In this document: positions 50,365-60,564 of the stretch, piece after piece | Numbering within the stretch: the stretch's first letter is position 1 | How the letters are laid out: each line of letters starts with the position of its first letter | Source: an uncultured cyanobacterium | GTDB taxonomy: Bacteria; Cyanobacteriota; Cyanobacteriia; Cyanobacteriales; Nostocaceae | NCBI GenBank assembly: GCA_963740315.1 | Contig: CAVUDP010000001.1 | Span: forward strand, 704,001-768,000 | Reading direction: 5' to 3' | Length of the DNA stretch: 64,000 bases | Notes under the pieces: model-generated | What the model was told of the DNA's origin: nothing | Database searches by the model: none | Seen by the model: the letters and a program-made list of their open reading frames with translations, nothing else | Program-made: the position numbers and the translations under genes

Positions 50365-51048
50365 ATGGACGTTAAATTATTGCATCAACCAGATAGCGCG
50401 ATCGCTCATGTTACCCTCGATGCTGGGGAAGAGTTAGTAGCTGAAGCTGGCAGTATGATTGCCATGAGTGGCTCAATCAACACCAGCACCACTATGCGGC
50501 AAGGTAAAGACAGAGGAATTATGGGTGGACTCAAGCGTATGCTTGTTCAAGAGTCTCTATTTTTGAGTGTTTTTCGTTCTCCAAATAATGGAGGAGAAGT
50601 CTTTCTTGCACCATCTTTGATGGGTGATATTTGCGTTTATGAAGTAACGGGTAACGAATTAATTGTTCAAGCAGGTTCTTATCTAGCTAGTACTAAGAAT
50701 ATTGATATTGATATAGATTTTCAAGGCTTTAAATCTTTCTTTTCAGGAGAAAGTGTACTTTGGTTAACTGTTAATGGTTATGGCAAAGTTTTGCTTTCCT
50801 CTTTTGGCTCCATTTATGAAATACCAGTTGACGGAGAATATATAGTTGATACAGGTCATATTGTTGCCTTTGAAAAAAGCTTAAGTTTTTCAATTGCTAA
50901 GCCTGGTTCCAGTTGGTTAAGTGCATGGTTAGGAGGAGAAGGGCTAATTTGTAGATTTAGAGGACATGGTAAAGTTTACTGCCAAACTCATAATAGTACT
51001 GCCTTTGGTTCCTTAATTGGTTCGCAGTTACCTCCAAGAAAAAAATAA
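50365..51048 (+). CDS. TIGR00266 / AIM24 family protein
   Basis: AEAGSM, ESLF, IVDTGHIVAF, GEGL. Confidence 0.92.
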   Translation: MDVKLLHQPDSAIAHVTLDAGEELVAEAGSMIAMSGSINTSTTMRQGKDRGIMGGLKRMLVQESLFLSVFRSPNNGGEVFLAPSLMGDICVYEVTGNELIVQAGSYLASTKNIDIDIDFQGFKSFFSGESVLWLTVNGYGKVLLSSFGSIYEIPVDGEYIVDTGHIVAFEKSLSFSIAKPGSSWLSAWLGGEGLICRFRGHGKVYCQTHNSTAFGSLIGSQLPPRKK

Positions 51049-51102
51049 TTAAAACCAAAGTAAAAACGCTAATTTAAACCCAGATTCAAAATAATAAATA
51101 AT

Positions 51103-51807
51103 ATGAGCAATATTGCATACAAAATAGCCCATTCTCCGGCTTATGCTTTTCTACGCTTAGACTTACATACCAATCAAAAAGTATTGGTAGAAGCTTCAGC
51201 AATGGCTGCGATGGATAGCAACTTAAAAATGAAATCGAAAGTTCGGGGTGGATTAATCAAGGGAATCGGTCGCATGATGGGCGGCGAATCTCTTTTTACC
51301 AATGAGTTTACTGCTGAAAAGAAACCGGGACAAATTTATATTTCACCTGGAGTTCCCGGAGATATTAAGCATTATTATCTGACTGGTGAATGCGGTTTAT
51401 TAGTACAATCTTCTGGCTTTGTAGCTTGTAGCCCCACAGTAGAAGTTGATACTAAATTTCAAGGTTTTCGTGGCTTTTTTAGTGGAGAATCTTTATTTTT
51501 ATTACGAGCAATCGGGCAAGGAGATTTTTGGTTTAGTTCCTATGGAGGAATTATAGAAATTCCAGTATCTGGAGATTATGTAGTTGATACTGGTTATATT
51601 GTTGCATTTGAAGACACTTTAGATTACGACGTAGAGATTTTAAGTGGCTTATCTTTTAAAGGTTTAAAAACAGGAATTTTGGGAGGTGAAGGATTAGTTT
51701 GTCGTTTGCGAGGTGAAGGACGTTTATGGGTACAATCACGCAACCTTTATCCTTTACTGAATTTTTTATATCCTTTCCGTCCCGTTAAATCAGAAAGCAG
51801 CAGTTGA
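51103..51807 (+). CDS. TIGR00266 / AIM24 family protein
   Basis: GGESLF, VVDTGYIVAF, GGEGLV, WVQSR. Confidence 0.92.
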   Translation: MSNIAYKIAHSPAYAFLRLDLHTNQKVLVEASAMAAMDSNLKMKSKVRGGLIKGIGRMMGGESLFTNEFTAEKKPGQIYISPGVPGDIKHYYLTGECGLLVQSSGFVACSPTVEVDTKFQGFRGFFSGESLFLLRAIGQGDFWFSSYGGIIEIPVSGDYVVDTGYIVAFEDTLDYDVEILSGLSFKGLKTGILGGEGLVCRLRGEGRLWVQSRNLYPLLNFLYPFRPVKSESSS

Positions 51808-51931
51808 AAAGGTGTAAAAGTTTAATTACCTCAAAGTTAAAAATTAGTAGTTTTGCTCATTGCTAAACACTGGTTACGATATATACTTTTGTCTAATAGG
51901 TAAATAAAATAAAAGTATAATATCATCCTCT

Positions 51932-52350
51932 GTGTCAACAGTTTACCGCAAAGGTACAGTAGAGCGGGAAGTGGCTTCGGGAAGTGCTTTGACAGATAAA
52001 CCCTTAATCGTTATTGTTAATAACGCTACAGCTAGTGGAGCAGAAATTCTCAGCGCAGCATTGCAGGAAAACAATAGAGCGATTTTAATAGGTACCAAAA
52101 CTAATGGTTACAATACAATCCAATCAATCCATTCTCTTGATGATGGCTCTGGTTTGGCTGTAACTGTAGCAAAGTGGCGCACTCCCAAAGCACAAGATAT
52201 TAACAATTTAGGAATTTCTCCCAATGTCGTTGTGAATTTAACTACTTCTCAACAACTAACCATGATTCAAAACCGTTCTTTTGGCACAATGGCAATCCTC
52301 AGTTTTCTAAAGCTGTAGAAAAACTTACCCAATTAGCACGAAAAAAATAA
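51932..52350 (+). pseudogene. C-terminal fragment of an S41 (CtpA-like) peptidase with a 1-nt frameshift
   Basis: TASGAEILSAALQEN, GSGLAVTVAKW.TP; the tail PQFSKAVEKLTQLARKK* is out of frame; N-terminal and PDZ parts are missing. Confidence 0.8.
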
Positions 52351-52410
52351 TTTAAAAAACGTCTTTTCTCAGCACTTTGGTGCATAGCTCAACCCAAACT
52401 ACAACCACAA

Positions 52411-52986
52411 CTAATCCCACACAACTGATAAATCTAAAATAAATGCCGGTAATACTTCTTCTCCAGATAAACTTGGAGGAGAATTTACTATTTCTACAGC
52501 TTGCCCTTGACGATAAATTTCTACCTGACGACTTCGTTTAAGCAGCCAGCCTAATTTTACACCCGCAGCTACATACTCTTGCATTTTTTGTTGAATATCG
52601 CTTAAATCGTCGGATGGTGACATCAACTCTAATACAAAATCTGGAGCAATCGGTGGAAACTTTTCTCGCTGTTGTTGGCTAAGTGAATTCCACCGTTCTA
52701 ACTGTATCCAAGATACATCGGGAGAGCAATCGCAACCGTTGGGAAGTTTGAAGCAGGTAGAAGAATCAAATACTTTACCGAGTTTGGTTTTGCGGTTCCA
52801 AATTACAAATTCTGCATTTATTTCTGAGTTACAGCTTCCGGTTTCTCCTCCGCTTGGTGACATGACAATTAATTCTCCCGATTGATTGCGTTCTAATTTT
52901 ACATCGGGATTATCCCGACATAGTTGATAAAATTGGTCGTCTGTAAGGTTCATGACGTTGTTAAAATTGATGGTGATAGCAGTCAT
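52411..52986 (-). CDS. Uma2 (DUF820) family endonuclease
   Basis: SPDVSW, APDFVLELMSPSD, KMQEY. Confidence 0.93.
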   Translation of the reverse strand: MTAITINFNNVMNLTDDQFYQLCRDNPDVKLERNQSGELIVMSPSGGETGSCNSEINAEFVIWNRKTKLGKVFDSSTCFKLPNGCDCSPDVSWIQLERWNSLSQQQREKFPPIAPDFVLELMSPSDDLSDIQQKMQEYVAAGVKLGWLLKRSRQVEIYRQGQAVEIVNSPPSLSGEEVLPAFILDLSVVWD

Positions 52987-53096
52987 CGCTGCGGGTACCT
53001 CATAAATCAACAGGTTTTTAATTTTTGTAAAGACACGAAACGAGTGCGCTACTACTAAACATGATATAAGACACAAAGAGGATTCGAGATAATTTA

Positions 53097-53540
53097 ATGG
53101 CTGAAATAACTGTAAAAATAGTTGATTGGGAAGAGTATCCGGTAATTGAGATTATTAGAAGAAGGGTATTTCAAGACGAACAAAAAGTAGGAGCAGAATT
53201 AGATTTTGACGGTAAAGATAAATTTTGTCCGCAGTTAATTGCTTATTTAGATAATGTTGTGGTGGGTACCGCAAGAATTCGATATTTAAATGAAAAAACA
53301 GCGAAAATTGAAAGGTTAGCAGTTTTATCTTATGCAAGAGGGAACGGTATTGGTAAAAAAATTATGCAAAAAGCTTTGGAGGTAATAGCGAGTGAAAATA
53401 TATCCGAAGTTACGATTAACGCTCAGGAATATATCAAAGGATTACATGAAAAATTAGGTTTTGAACAAGTTGGAGAAGCTTTTCTAGAAGCCGGAATTCC
53501 TCATGTGAAAATGGTAAAAAGGTTAAAGGTTAAAGGTTAA
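53097..53540 (+). CDS. GNAT family N-acetyltransferase (ElaA/YjcF-like)
   Basis: IRRRVFQDEQ, RLAVLSYARGNGIG, EAGIPHVKM. Confidence 0.92.
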   Translation: MAEITVKIVDWEEYPVIEIIRRRVFQDEQKVGAELDFDGKDKFCPQLIAYLDNVVVGTARIRYLNEKTAKIERLAVLSYARGNGIGKKIMQKALEVIASENISEVTINAQEYIKGLHEKLGFEQVGEAFLEAGIPHVKMVKRLKVKG

Positions 53541-53684
53541 AGGTTTTGAATGGGTGTGGGCAATAGTTAGGAGTTATAGGATTTTAGATTTTAGATTAAG
53601 AATTAAAAGTTAATTTCTCCTTGTCTCCTTGTCTCCTTGTCTCCTTGTCTCCCCATCCCCCCTCTCCCCCCTCTCTCTCTCCCC

Positions 53685-56156
53685 ATGAATTTGCTGATTC
53701 TCACAACAATTTGGCTGCTCGGTGCAATTTGCGATCGCGTTTGGTTTTTCTTGGATAAATCTATTCCGTCTTGGGATCAAGCCGATTATTTAACTGGTAG
53801 TTTAAATTATTTACAGGCTTTACAAAATCCCGATTTATTAAATGGGGAATGGTGGCAAAATTTATGGTTATTGTCTACAAAAATACCGCCATTTACTTAC
53901 ATCATCACGGCTTTTATTCAAAATATTTATGGTAAGGGATACGATGAAACAACTTTGGTAATGGTTATTTTCAGTGCTGTTTTAATCTTATCGGTGTATG
54001 GTTTAGGCAAAATACTATTTAGCGATACAGTTGGTTTATGGGCGGCAGCTTTGTGTCAAGTAATGCCGGGTTTATATCGATATCGTCTGGAATTTCTCTT
54101 AGATTATCCCCTGGCAGCAGTAGTTACCTTAAGTTTCTTTTGTCTCACCCTTTGGTTTTTCACTAACTTCTCTCCCCCTCCTCTTTCCTACGCAATATTC
54201 TTCGGTTTATCCTTCGGTTTAGCGTTAATGGTAAAGCAGACGGCGCTATTTTTTCTAATAACGCCAATAATTTGGGTTGTAATTGCAACGATACGCAAAG
54301 GTTTGTGGGGGAGATTATTACAATTAATTGGTGCTTTAGGTTTATCTACATTAGTGTTTGGTTGGTGGTATCGTACTAATTGGCTGCTGATTTTAACTTC
54401 CGGTAAACGAGCAACCGTAGACTCTGCGTTCGCTGAAGGTGAAGCACCTTTAAATACTTTAGAAGCTTGGACTTTTTATTGGCATCAATTACCATCACAA
54501 GTTTCTTTACCCTTATTATTAGTTCCCATATTTGCATTATTACTTTACTGGGGAAAATCTAAAGAAAACAGAAGAAAAGCAAAGGGAATAGAATTATCAA
54601 TTGCTTTAAAATGGTTAGGAATCTTCTTAATTGGCGGTTATTTTTTATCCTGTTTAAATCCTAATAAAGATTATCGTTATGTATTGCCGTATTTACCAGT
54701 TTTATCAGTATTTTTAGCCTATGGTTTAACTCGTTTTCAAGGAACTTTAGGAAAGCGTATCCGTTGGGGTACTTTTGCTTTAGCGATACTTTTAATGTTG
54801 TTTAATCTATTCCCCATCGGTGGAATCCCCGGATATTGGCTAACCAAAGCACTCAGCGATAAAATCCAACATTATCCTTATTTGGGAGCAAAATTACCTC
54901 ATTCCCAAGTAATAAGCCAAATTATCCAAACCGAACCATATTTGATTTCAACATTGGGAGTATTACCTTCAACGCCGCGAATAAACCAGCATAATTTCAA
55001 TTATTACGGAGCGTTGAAAAATTTCCAAGTATACGGGAGACAGGTAGGAACTCAAAAGCGCTTTGTAGAGAAAGATGCGCGTTCGATTTCTTGGTTTTTA
55101 ACTAAATCTAAAAAACAGGGTTCCGTACCCAAAGCACAAAAGAAAATTAGAAAAGTTGTCGAACAAAACGGTAATTTCCAGTTAAATAAAACTTGGAATT
55201 TACCCGATGGCAGTCTGCTTAAACTTTATCATCAACAGAATCCACCTGTTGTTGTAGAAAAGGTTGGAGATGGGGAGATAAGGGAGAGAGGGGGTAGAGG
55301 GGGTAGAAATAATAATATTAGTTTACAAAAGGTTGAAGTATCGGGAATAGCACCACCGGGAAATCCGGTTCCCGTAACTTATATTTGGGAAGGTAATTGG
55401 GAAGAATTAAAAAATGGTTTGGTGTTATTAACTTGGAAAAATAATGACGATTCAAAATGGATTCACGACCACGGAATTGCTTTCGGAAAGTTGTATACTG
55501 ATGGTATCAAACCAGTGGGTAAATTCCAAATCACTGAAAGAATGGCGATGCTACCACCTGCCGATATTAAAAATGGAAATTATACCTTAGAAGCAACTTA
55601 TCTGAATAAAATCACCGGAGAAACTTATCCGATCGAAATTCCAACAACAACTTTACAAATAGATTCCCAAGCAACACCTTCCCCAGCGCCAGAATTAGAT
55701 TTATCAACACAATTACGTACCTTAGCAGCGACTTTACCCCAAGGAATTAAAGCATTAGATAAAGTCTTTAACGAAATAGGACGCATCAATCAATACGATC
55801 CAAATCAATATTACCTAGTACAAACACGTAAAGCATTAGAATATCGGTTGCAACAGGGGCAAAACCTGAAATACGCTTATAGCATTGCATTAACTAATAT
55901 ATTGCAGCGAAAACCAGAAATGGCGATCGCATCGTTAAAAAGAGTAACCCAATTAGACGCAGATAACCCCTACGCTTGGGCATACCTAGCATTCGTACAG
56001 CTTTACGACTTCCAAGGAGCAGCAGCAGAAAAATCCCTACAGCCAGCGTTAGCAAAGATACCAGACGTTACAGAAATTCAATACTTATCGGGAATCGCGG
56101 CACTACAACAAGGTAAATTAATCAAAGTATGGCAAGTTGTGAATAGATTATTGTAG
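53685..56156 (+). CDS. GT-C (ArnT/PMT-like) lipid-carrier-dependent glycosyltransferase with C-terminal TPR
   Basis: WDQADY, KIPPFTY, LLDYPL, NKDYRY, multiple TM helices, TPR-like tail. Confidence 0.88.
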   Translation: MNLLILTTIWLLGAICDRVWFFLDKSIPSWDQADYLTGSLNYLQALQNPDLLNGEWWQNLWLLSTKIPPFTYIITAFIQNIYGKGYDETTLVMVIFSAVLILSVYGLGKILFSDTVGLWAAALCQVMPGLYRYRLEFLLDYPLAAVVTLSFFCLTLWFFTNFSPPPLSYAIFFGLSFGLALMVKQTALFFLITPIIWVVIATIRKGLWGRLLQLIGALGLSTLVFGWWYRTNWLLILTSGKRATVDSAFAEGEAPLNTLEAWTFYWHQLPSQVSLPLLLVPIFALLLYWGKSKENRRKAKGIELSIALKWLGIFLIGGYFLSCLNPNKDYRYVLPYLPVLSVFLAYGLTRFQGTLGKRIRWGTFALAILLMLFNLFPIGGIPGYWLTKALSDKIQHYPYLGAKLPHSQVISQIIQTEPYLISTLGVLPSTPRINQHNFNYYGALKNFQVYGRQVGTQKRFVEKDARSISWFLTKSKKQGSVPKAQKKIRKVVEQNGNFQLNKTWNLPDGSLLKLYHQQNPPVVVEKVGDGEIRERGGRGGRNNNISLQKVEVSGIAPPGNPVPVTYIWEGNWEELKNGLVLLTWKNNDDSKWIHDHGIAFGKLYTDGIKPVGKFQITERMAMLPPADIKNGNYTLEATYLNKITGETYPIEIPTTTLQIDSQATPSPAPELDLSTQLRTLAATLPQGIKALDKVFNEIGRINQYDPNQYYLVQTRKALEYRLQQGQNLKYAYSIALTNILQRKPEMAIASLKRVTQLDADNPYAWAYLAFVQLYDFQGAAAEKSLQPALAKIPDVTEIQYLSGIAALQQGKLIKVWQVVNRLL

Positions 56157-56438
56157 GGTGTGTTACGGCACGAATAAATATTGTTTGAGGTTACTAATTA
56201 ATGCTCAGAAGTCGGGTTTTTAGAATACGTATCTGTAATACACTTACAAATTTTATAAAAACCCGACTTCTCAACCGTAGCCGAGCCGTGTCAAATTGTG
56301 ATCCTTAAGTAACGCACCATCCGAATATTGTTGTTAATTAACTAACAACTATAAAGATTGTAGGGTGTGTTACGGCACGAATAAATATTGTTCGAGATTA
56401 CTATTTCAATTATGCCGTAACGCACCATCCGAATATTG
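56153..56438. repeat. Two tandem GTAGGGTGTGTTACGG..GTAACGCACCATCC elements, the first with a nested inverted repeat
   Basis: Copies start at 56153 and 56360; nested AGAAGTCGGGTTTTTA..TAAAAACCCGACTTCT at about 56207-56271. Confidence 0.8.
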
Positions 56439-56443
56439 CTAAA

Positions 56444-56818
56444 TCATAAAGTATAATAACTCAAAATCTGATAAACCTCATCCACCGCATTATCTCTACT
56501 AAATTGAAATTCCCTCGGTAAATCATCGCCAGAAATCCAAACTTTAATTTCAGCATCTAAATCTATAGTACCGGCACTTTCCTTACTAAAATATTTAATC
56601 GACTTATAAGGAATCGTTAAAAACTCAGTTTTCTTACCCGTCATTCCTTGCTTATCAATTAAAATGATTCTTTTATTTGTAAAAACAACCAAATCTCTGA
56701 TTAATTTAAAGGCTTTATGCATACTTTCTCCTTCAATCATCAAAGAAGCAAGTTCCCTTTCCAACTTCTCCGGATTTACCTCGGATGCATTACCCATCAT
56801 TCCGCTGAAAAGTCCCAT
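56444..56818 (-). CDS. Bacterial PH-domain protein
   Basis: FKLIRDLVVFTNKRIILIDKQGMTGKK..ESAGTIDLDAE. Confidence 0.9.
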   Translation of the reverse strand: MGLFSGMMGNASEVNPEKLERELASLMIEGESMHKAFKLIRDLVVFTNKRIILIDKQGMTGKKTEFLTIPYKSIKYFSKESAGTIDLDAEIKVWISGDDLPREFQFSRDNAVDEVYQILSYYTL

Positions 56819-57208
56819 AATGTTGCCTGTATTAAACAATAAATTTGATTGATTCTAACTTATAAAACTTAAAAACAGCATTTACGAATAGCCCCCCTTA
56901 AGAAGGGGGGTTGGGGGGATCTAATTGTGTGGAATACCAATTAACCTGGCGATTGAATGTGCCGCACCTTATAAAATAGAAAAATATTTCGTGTAATTAG
57001 AAAACCTGGCGATTCAATGTGCCGCACCTGGCGGTGAACGCGGCTACACAAACAAAACCTGCCTCCGCAGGTTTCAATAATATTAATTTAATTAGTCCAC
57101 GCAGGTGGACAATGAGCGGTGTAGACGCGGTAACAAAGCGCCAGATTTTTATACTTCGCCTGTGTAGCAGCGGTAACAAAGCGCCAGATTTTTAATAATG
57201 CAAACAAT

Positions 57209-58183
57209 TCACTTCGTCTGAAAAATATTCTGCACCATCTTCTTATCACTACCAGCAGCTGCCTTATCCAATTCTGCAATCTCCCCAGCATCCAAATTCC
57301 AACCCAAAGCCCCAATATTCTGCCGTGCTTGCTCCCCATTCTTAGCGCCAGGAATCGGAATTGTACCTTTACAAATACACCAATTAATAGCAACCTGAGA
57401 CATCGTTTTATTTCTAGATTCCGCCACTTCTCGCAAGCATTCCAATACCGATTTTGCACCAGGAATTAATTGTCTAAATAGAAAATTTCTAATACCTTTG
57501 GGATAATGCTTTTTATCTGTATATTTCCCCGTCAAAATTCCCAAACATAAAGGGCTATAGGCAATTAATTTTATTCCCAATTCGTCGCAAACTTCCTTAA
57601 CTCCCAACTCCGTTACCGGATAAGTTGATAATAATGAATACTGTACCTGCAAAGTGGCGATCGCTATACCTCTTTCCGCAAATTTCTTATGTACCTTCCT
57701 CAATCTTTTAGAGCCATAATTCGATAAACCCACTCCCTTAACCAAACCTTGTTCGTACAAATCACCCAGCCCATCCAATAAAGCCCATTCTTGCCAAGGA
57801 AAATAGTTCGCCGTTGACCAGTGCATCTGTACTAAATCGATATTTTTTCCCAAGCGTTTCGCGGAAGCTTTACCAGCAGACACCATCGCACCTCTAGTTA
57901 ACCTCCAAGGATAAGCAGCAAGCTTGGTAGCAATGCAGATATCGTTTTTATTTACACCGTCATATTCTTTCGTAAAACGTCCTAAAAGCTTCTCACTTTG
58001 CCCGTTTAGCTTTCCCGTACCGTAGGAATCGCCAGTATCAAATAAAGTTACACCGTTGCTGACACAAAGGTTAAATACCTCTTGCAAATCATCATCCATA
58101 CTGCGATCGTATCCCCAAAGCACCTGATTACCCCATGCCCAAGTTCCGCAACCCATCGTAGGAAATAAAATTTGGTTATCCAT
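57209..58183 (-). CDS. Aldo/keto reductase
   Basis: GCGTWAWG, FDTGDSYG, IATK, GLSNY, AYSPL, PIPGAK. Confidence 0.95.
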   Translation of the reverse strand: MDNQILFPTMGCGTWAWGNQVLWGYDRSMDDDLQEVFNLCVSNGVTLFDTGDSYGTGKLNGQSEKLLGRFTKEYDGVNKNDICIATKLAAYPWRLTRGAMVSAGKASAKRLGKNIDLVQMHWSTANYFPWQEWALLDGLGDLYEQGLVKGVGLSNYGSKRLRKVHKKFAERGIAIATLQVQYSLLSTYPVTELGVKEVCDELGIKLIAYSPLCLGILTGKYTDKKHYPKGIRNFLFRQLIPGAKSVLECLREVAESRNKTMSQVAINWCICKGTIPIPGAKNGEQARQNIGALGWNLDAGEIAELDKAAAGSDKKMVQNIFQTK

Positions 58184-58245
58184 CTTTTAATTAGGTTTAA
58201 ATTATTTGTAGATGTCCTAACTTTATTATTTATTCAAACGGTATC

Positions 58246-58908
58246 TTAATATATTTTATTTATTAAAGATCGATCTTTCTCTATAGATAGCTGTCTTTCA
58301 ATCATCTCTATTTCTCTGAGATGATTTCGTTTATTTAAGTGTTTTGATTTCAAATTATTAGATATATGAGAAGCAAAATCAACTGCATCATTAAAACTAT
58401 TTGATTCTTGCAATGCTCGATAAAATTCTCGAATTTCTGGAGGTGAAGGATCGACAAATGTCCGTAATTCAGTAATATCAAGTCTACGGTTGAATTCGTT
58501 GACAATATGTCGCCATTGATGCAGAAGCCAAAATAAATCTCGATATTTGCGTTCGGCAAAAACACCAGATGTAATGGCTGTTTCTGTTACTGACATTAAT
58601 AGTCGTGGGTACACTACCGGATGCTCTATACTATCTATATTTAGATTAAAGCGAGAATCCGATAAAATTGCTTTATTACTTTGAAATTCGCGATACAAAG
58701 CTAATAAAATTACTCTCCTTTGTTCTTTTACGGATGCCCATCTTTCGGCAAAAATACCTGTTAATGTTGCGAGTAAACCAATAGCTGTTAATGCCGGTTC
58801 AAAGCGATAATCAAGCTGTGGATCTGCGATAAACCAAATAATAGCTAAAATTAACCCGCTAACTAAAGAACAGAAAGTCACGAAACTAACAATATTTTTT
58901 ATATTCAT
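58246..58908 (-). CDS. Hypothetical protein with two N-terminal TM helices
   Basis: Two hydrophobic segments then a soluble helical domain; starts 6 nt after the upstream gene. Confidence 0.75.
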   Translation of the reverse strand: MNIKNIVSFVTFCSLVSGLILAIIWFIADPQLDYRFEPALTAIGLLATLTGIFAERWASVKEQRRVILLALYREFQSNKAILSDSRFNLNIDSIEHPVVYPRLLMSVTETAITSGVFAERKYRDLFWLLHQWRHIVNEFNRRLDITELRTFVDPSPPEIREFYRALQESNSFNDAVDFASHISNNLKSKHLNKRNHLREIEMIERQLSIEKDRSLINKIY

Positions 58909-58914
58909 TTTTTA

Positions 58915-60075
58915 TTAATTATTCCATACTGCACTTGCAAGTGAAGAATTATTTTCATCATCACTTACAGTTCCGTTAGGAGCAAGTAAAATTAAATCCA
59001 TACCAAATTGATTCCTATTATTTGGTTCTGAAAGCGTATTTATTCTATCAATAATTGATAATTTACTTTCTGATATAAGTTCATCAATACCAGAGCGAGT
59101 ATATTTTCTAGTCAATAACAAGCGAATCGTATCTTGGTCGAGAAAATTAATTATTGACCTATCGAGTAACATCACTTTATCTACTTTTCCAGTAATGTTA
59201 CGATAAACAGCTTTTAATAAAATTGCTTTATCTGGCTTTTCGATAGAACTTTCAAAGAAAACGCTATTTAAATCAATATCTAAATCTGTGTGTTGAAGTA
59301 AAGCGCTAGTTACAAACTCTTTAAAAGATTTACTATTATCGTACTCATTAACCGTATCTTGTAATGCTTGATTGCTCAAATCTTTCGTAGAGGCTACTTC
59401 TATAAGAAATTTATCTTCAGAACGCATTAATTTTGATAGAGTTTGCAAAATCTTAGCATCGTCCTCAAAATTAGCAAGTGTATTTCCTAAAAGAGAAAAT
59501 AATACAGGGGTATCTCCTACAACTCGATCTAATAACTTTCGTAAATCGCTGATACTCTTAGAAGTTGAAAAATCTACTTGAACTGGTAGAATTTGGCTAC
59601 CTTTTAATTGCAGCCCTTTAGCAACTCCTTGAACACCCAACCTGAGCATTTCCGCACTCATATCAACCGGAAAATATAGTAAATCGGGATTAGTTTTAAG
59701 AAATAAACGTAAAAGACTTCTATCCTTCATTCCCGTACCTACACCTAAGCTGACATAGTGATATTTGTTATCCTCTAGTTTTGATTGAATTTGATGCCAT
59801 CGACCTCCGAACGAATCAATACCTTCCTTCATAACCACGTACAATGGATCGTTACAGGCATAAGCCCAAGCAATTGTCGGACCTATCCCCCAGTACGCAA
59901 AACCCGATGGAATCTGTTTTTCATCTCCGGTTTTAGAGAATCCTTTTCTTAGATGCTTGGTGAATTCGGTTAATTTCTTTGATTGTTCTTCTCCTCCTAC
60001 AAAGCAAAGAGTCCATCCCAAAACTCCTTCGCTGACAGAATCTTCAAGTAGCTCCTCAAAATTAAAGTTCACCAT
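58915..60075 (-). CDS. EgtD-like (Methyltransf_33) SAM-dependent methyltransferase
   Basis: KQIPSGFAYW, SLGVGTGMKD, YFPVDMS..ML, LLGNTLANF, TRKY. Confidence 0.8.
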   Translation of the reverse strand: MVNFNFEELLEDSVSEGVLGWTLCFVGGEEQSKKLTEFTKHLRKGFSKTGDEKQIPSGFAYWGIGPTIAWAYACNDPLYVVMKEGIDSFGGRWHQIQSKLEDNKYHYVSLGVGTGMKDRSLLRLFLKTNPDLLYFPVDMSAEMLRLGVQGVAKGLQLKGSQILPVQVDFSTSKSISDLRKLLDRVVGDTPVLFSLLGNTLANFEDDAKILQTLSKLMRSEDKFLIEVASTKDLSNQALQDTVNEYDNSKSFKEFVTSALLQHTDLDIDLNSVFFESSIEKPDKAILLKAVYRNITGKVDKVMLLDRSIINFLDQDTIRLLLTRKYTRSGIDELISESKLSIIDRINTLSEPNNRNQFGMDLILLAPNGTVSDDENNSSLASAVWNN

Positions 60076-60342
60076 ACTGTCTTTTATCCTTCGCTGCACG
60101 CTTGCTTTGATGTTTCATATAATTCTAAGATAAAGTAAGCATACTTAAGTATATCTTTTACTTTTAGATAACAAAGATATTCATTGTTAGTCTTGCAGTT
60201 AGCAATGAAATTCCTTTGTCAAGTATTTTGTATACAACTTTTTATTATTCGGGCAAATCAAACAGATTATATTTAACACCAAACTTTTCATATCTTTCCA
60301 AATATTCATTATCAACATGAAGGGTTCGATTTTTGCTTATAT

Positions 60343-60564
60343 TTATAAAAGAGTAATAAATTCATCTACACTTAAATCTGCTTGACGAATTATTGCACGC
60401 AAAGTACCTTTGTCTAATTCTTTATGATTTGGAACAGTAACTGTGGTTCTAGGTTCTTCTCGAATTAAAATAATATGACTTCCACGCTGTCTATCTACGA
60501 AAAAATCTACTTTTTCTAAAGCCTTTATACATTCCGTACCAGAAATAACAGGTAACTGACTCAT
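60343..60564 (-). CDS. hicA: HicA family toxin
   Basis: RQRGSH, VTVPNH, GTLRAIIRQA; ATGA overlap with hicB. Confidence 0.93.
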   Translation of the reverse strand: MSQLPVISGTECIKALEKVDFFVDRQRGSHIILIREEPRTTVTVPNHKELDKGTLRAIIRQADLSVDEFITLL

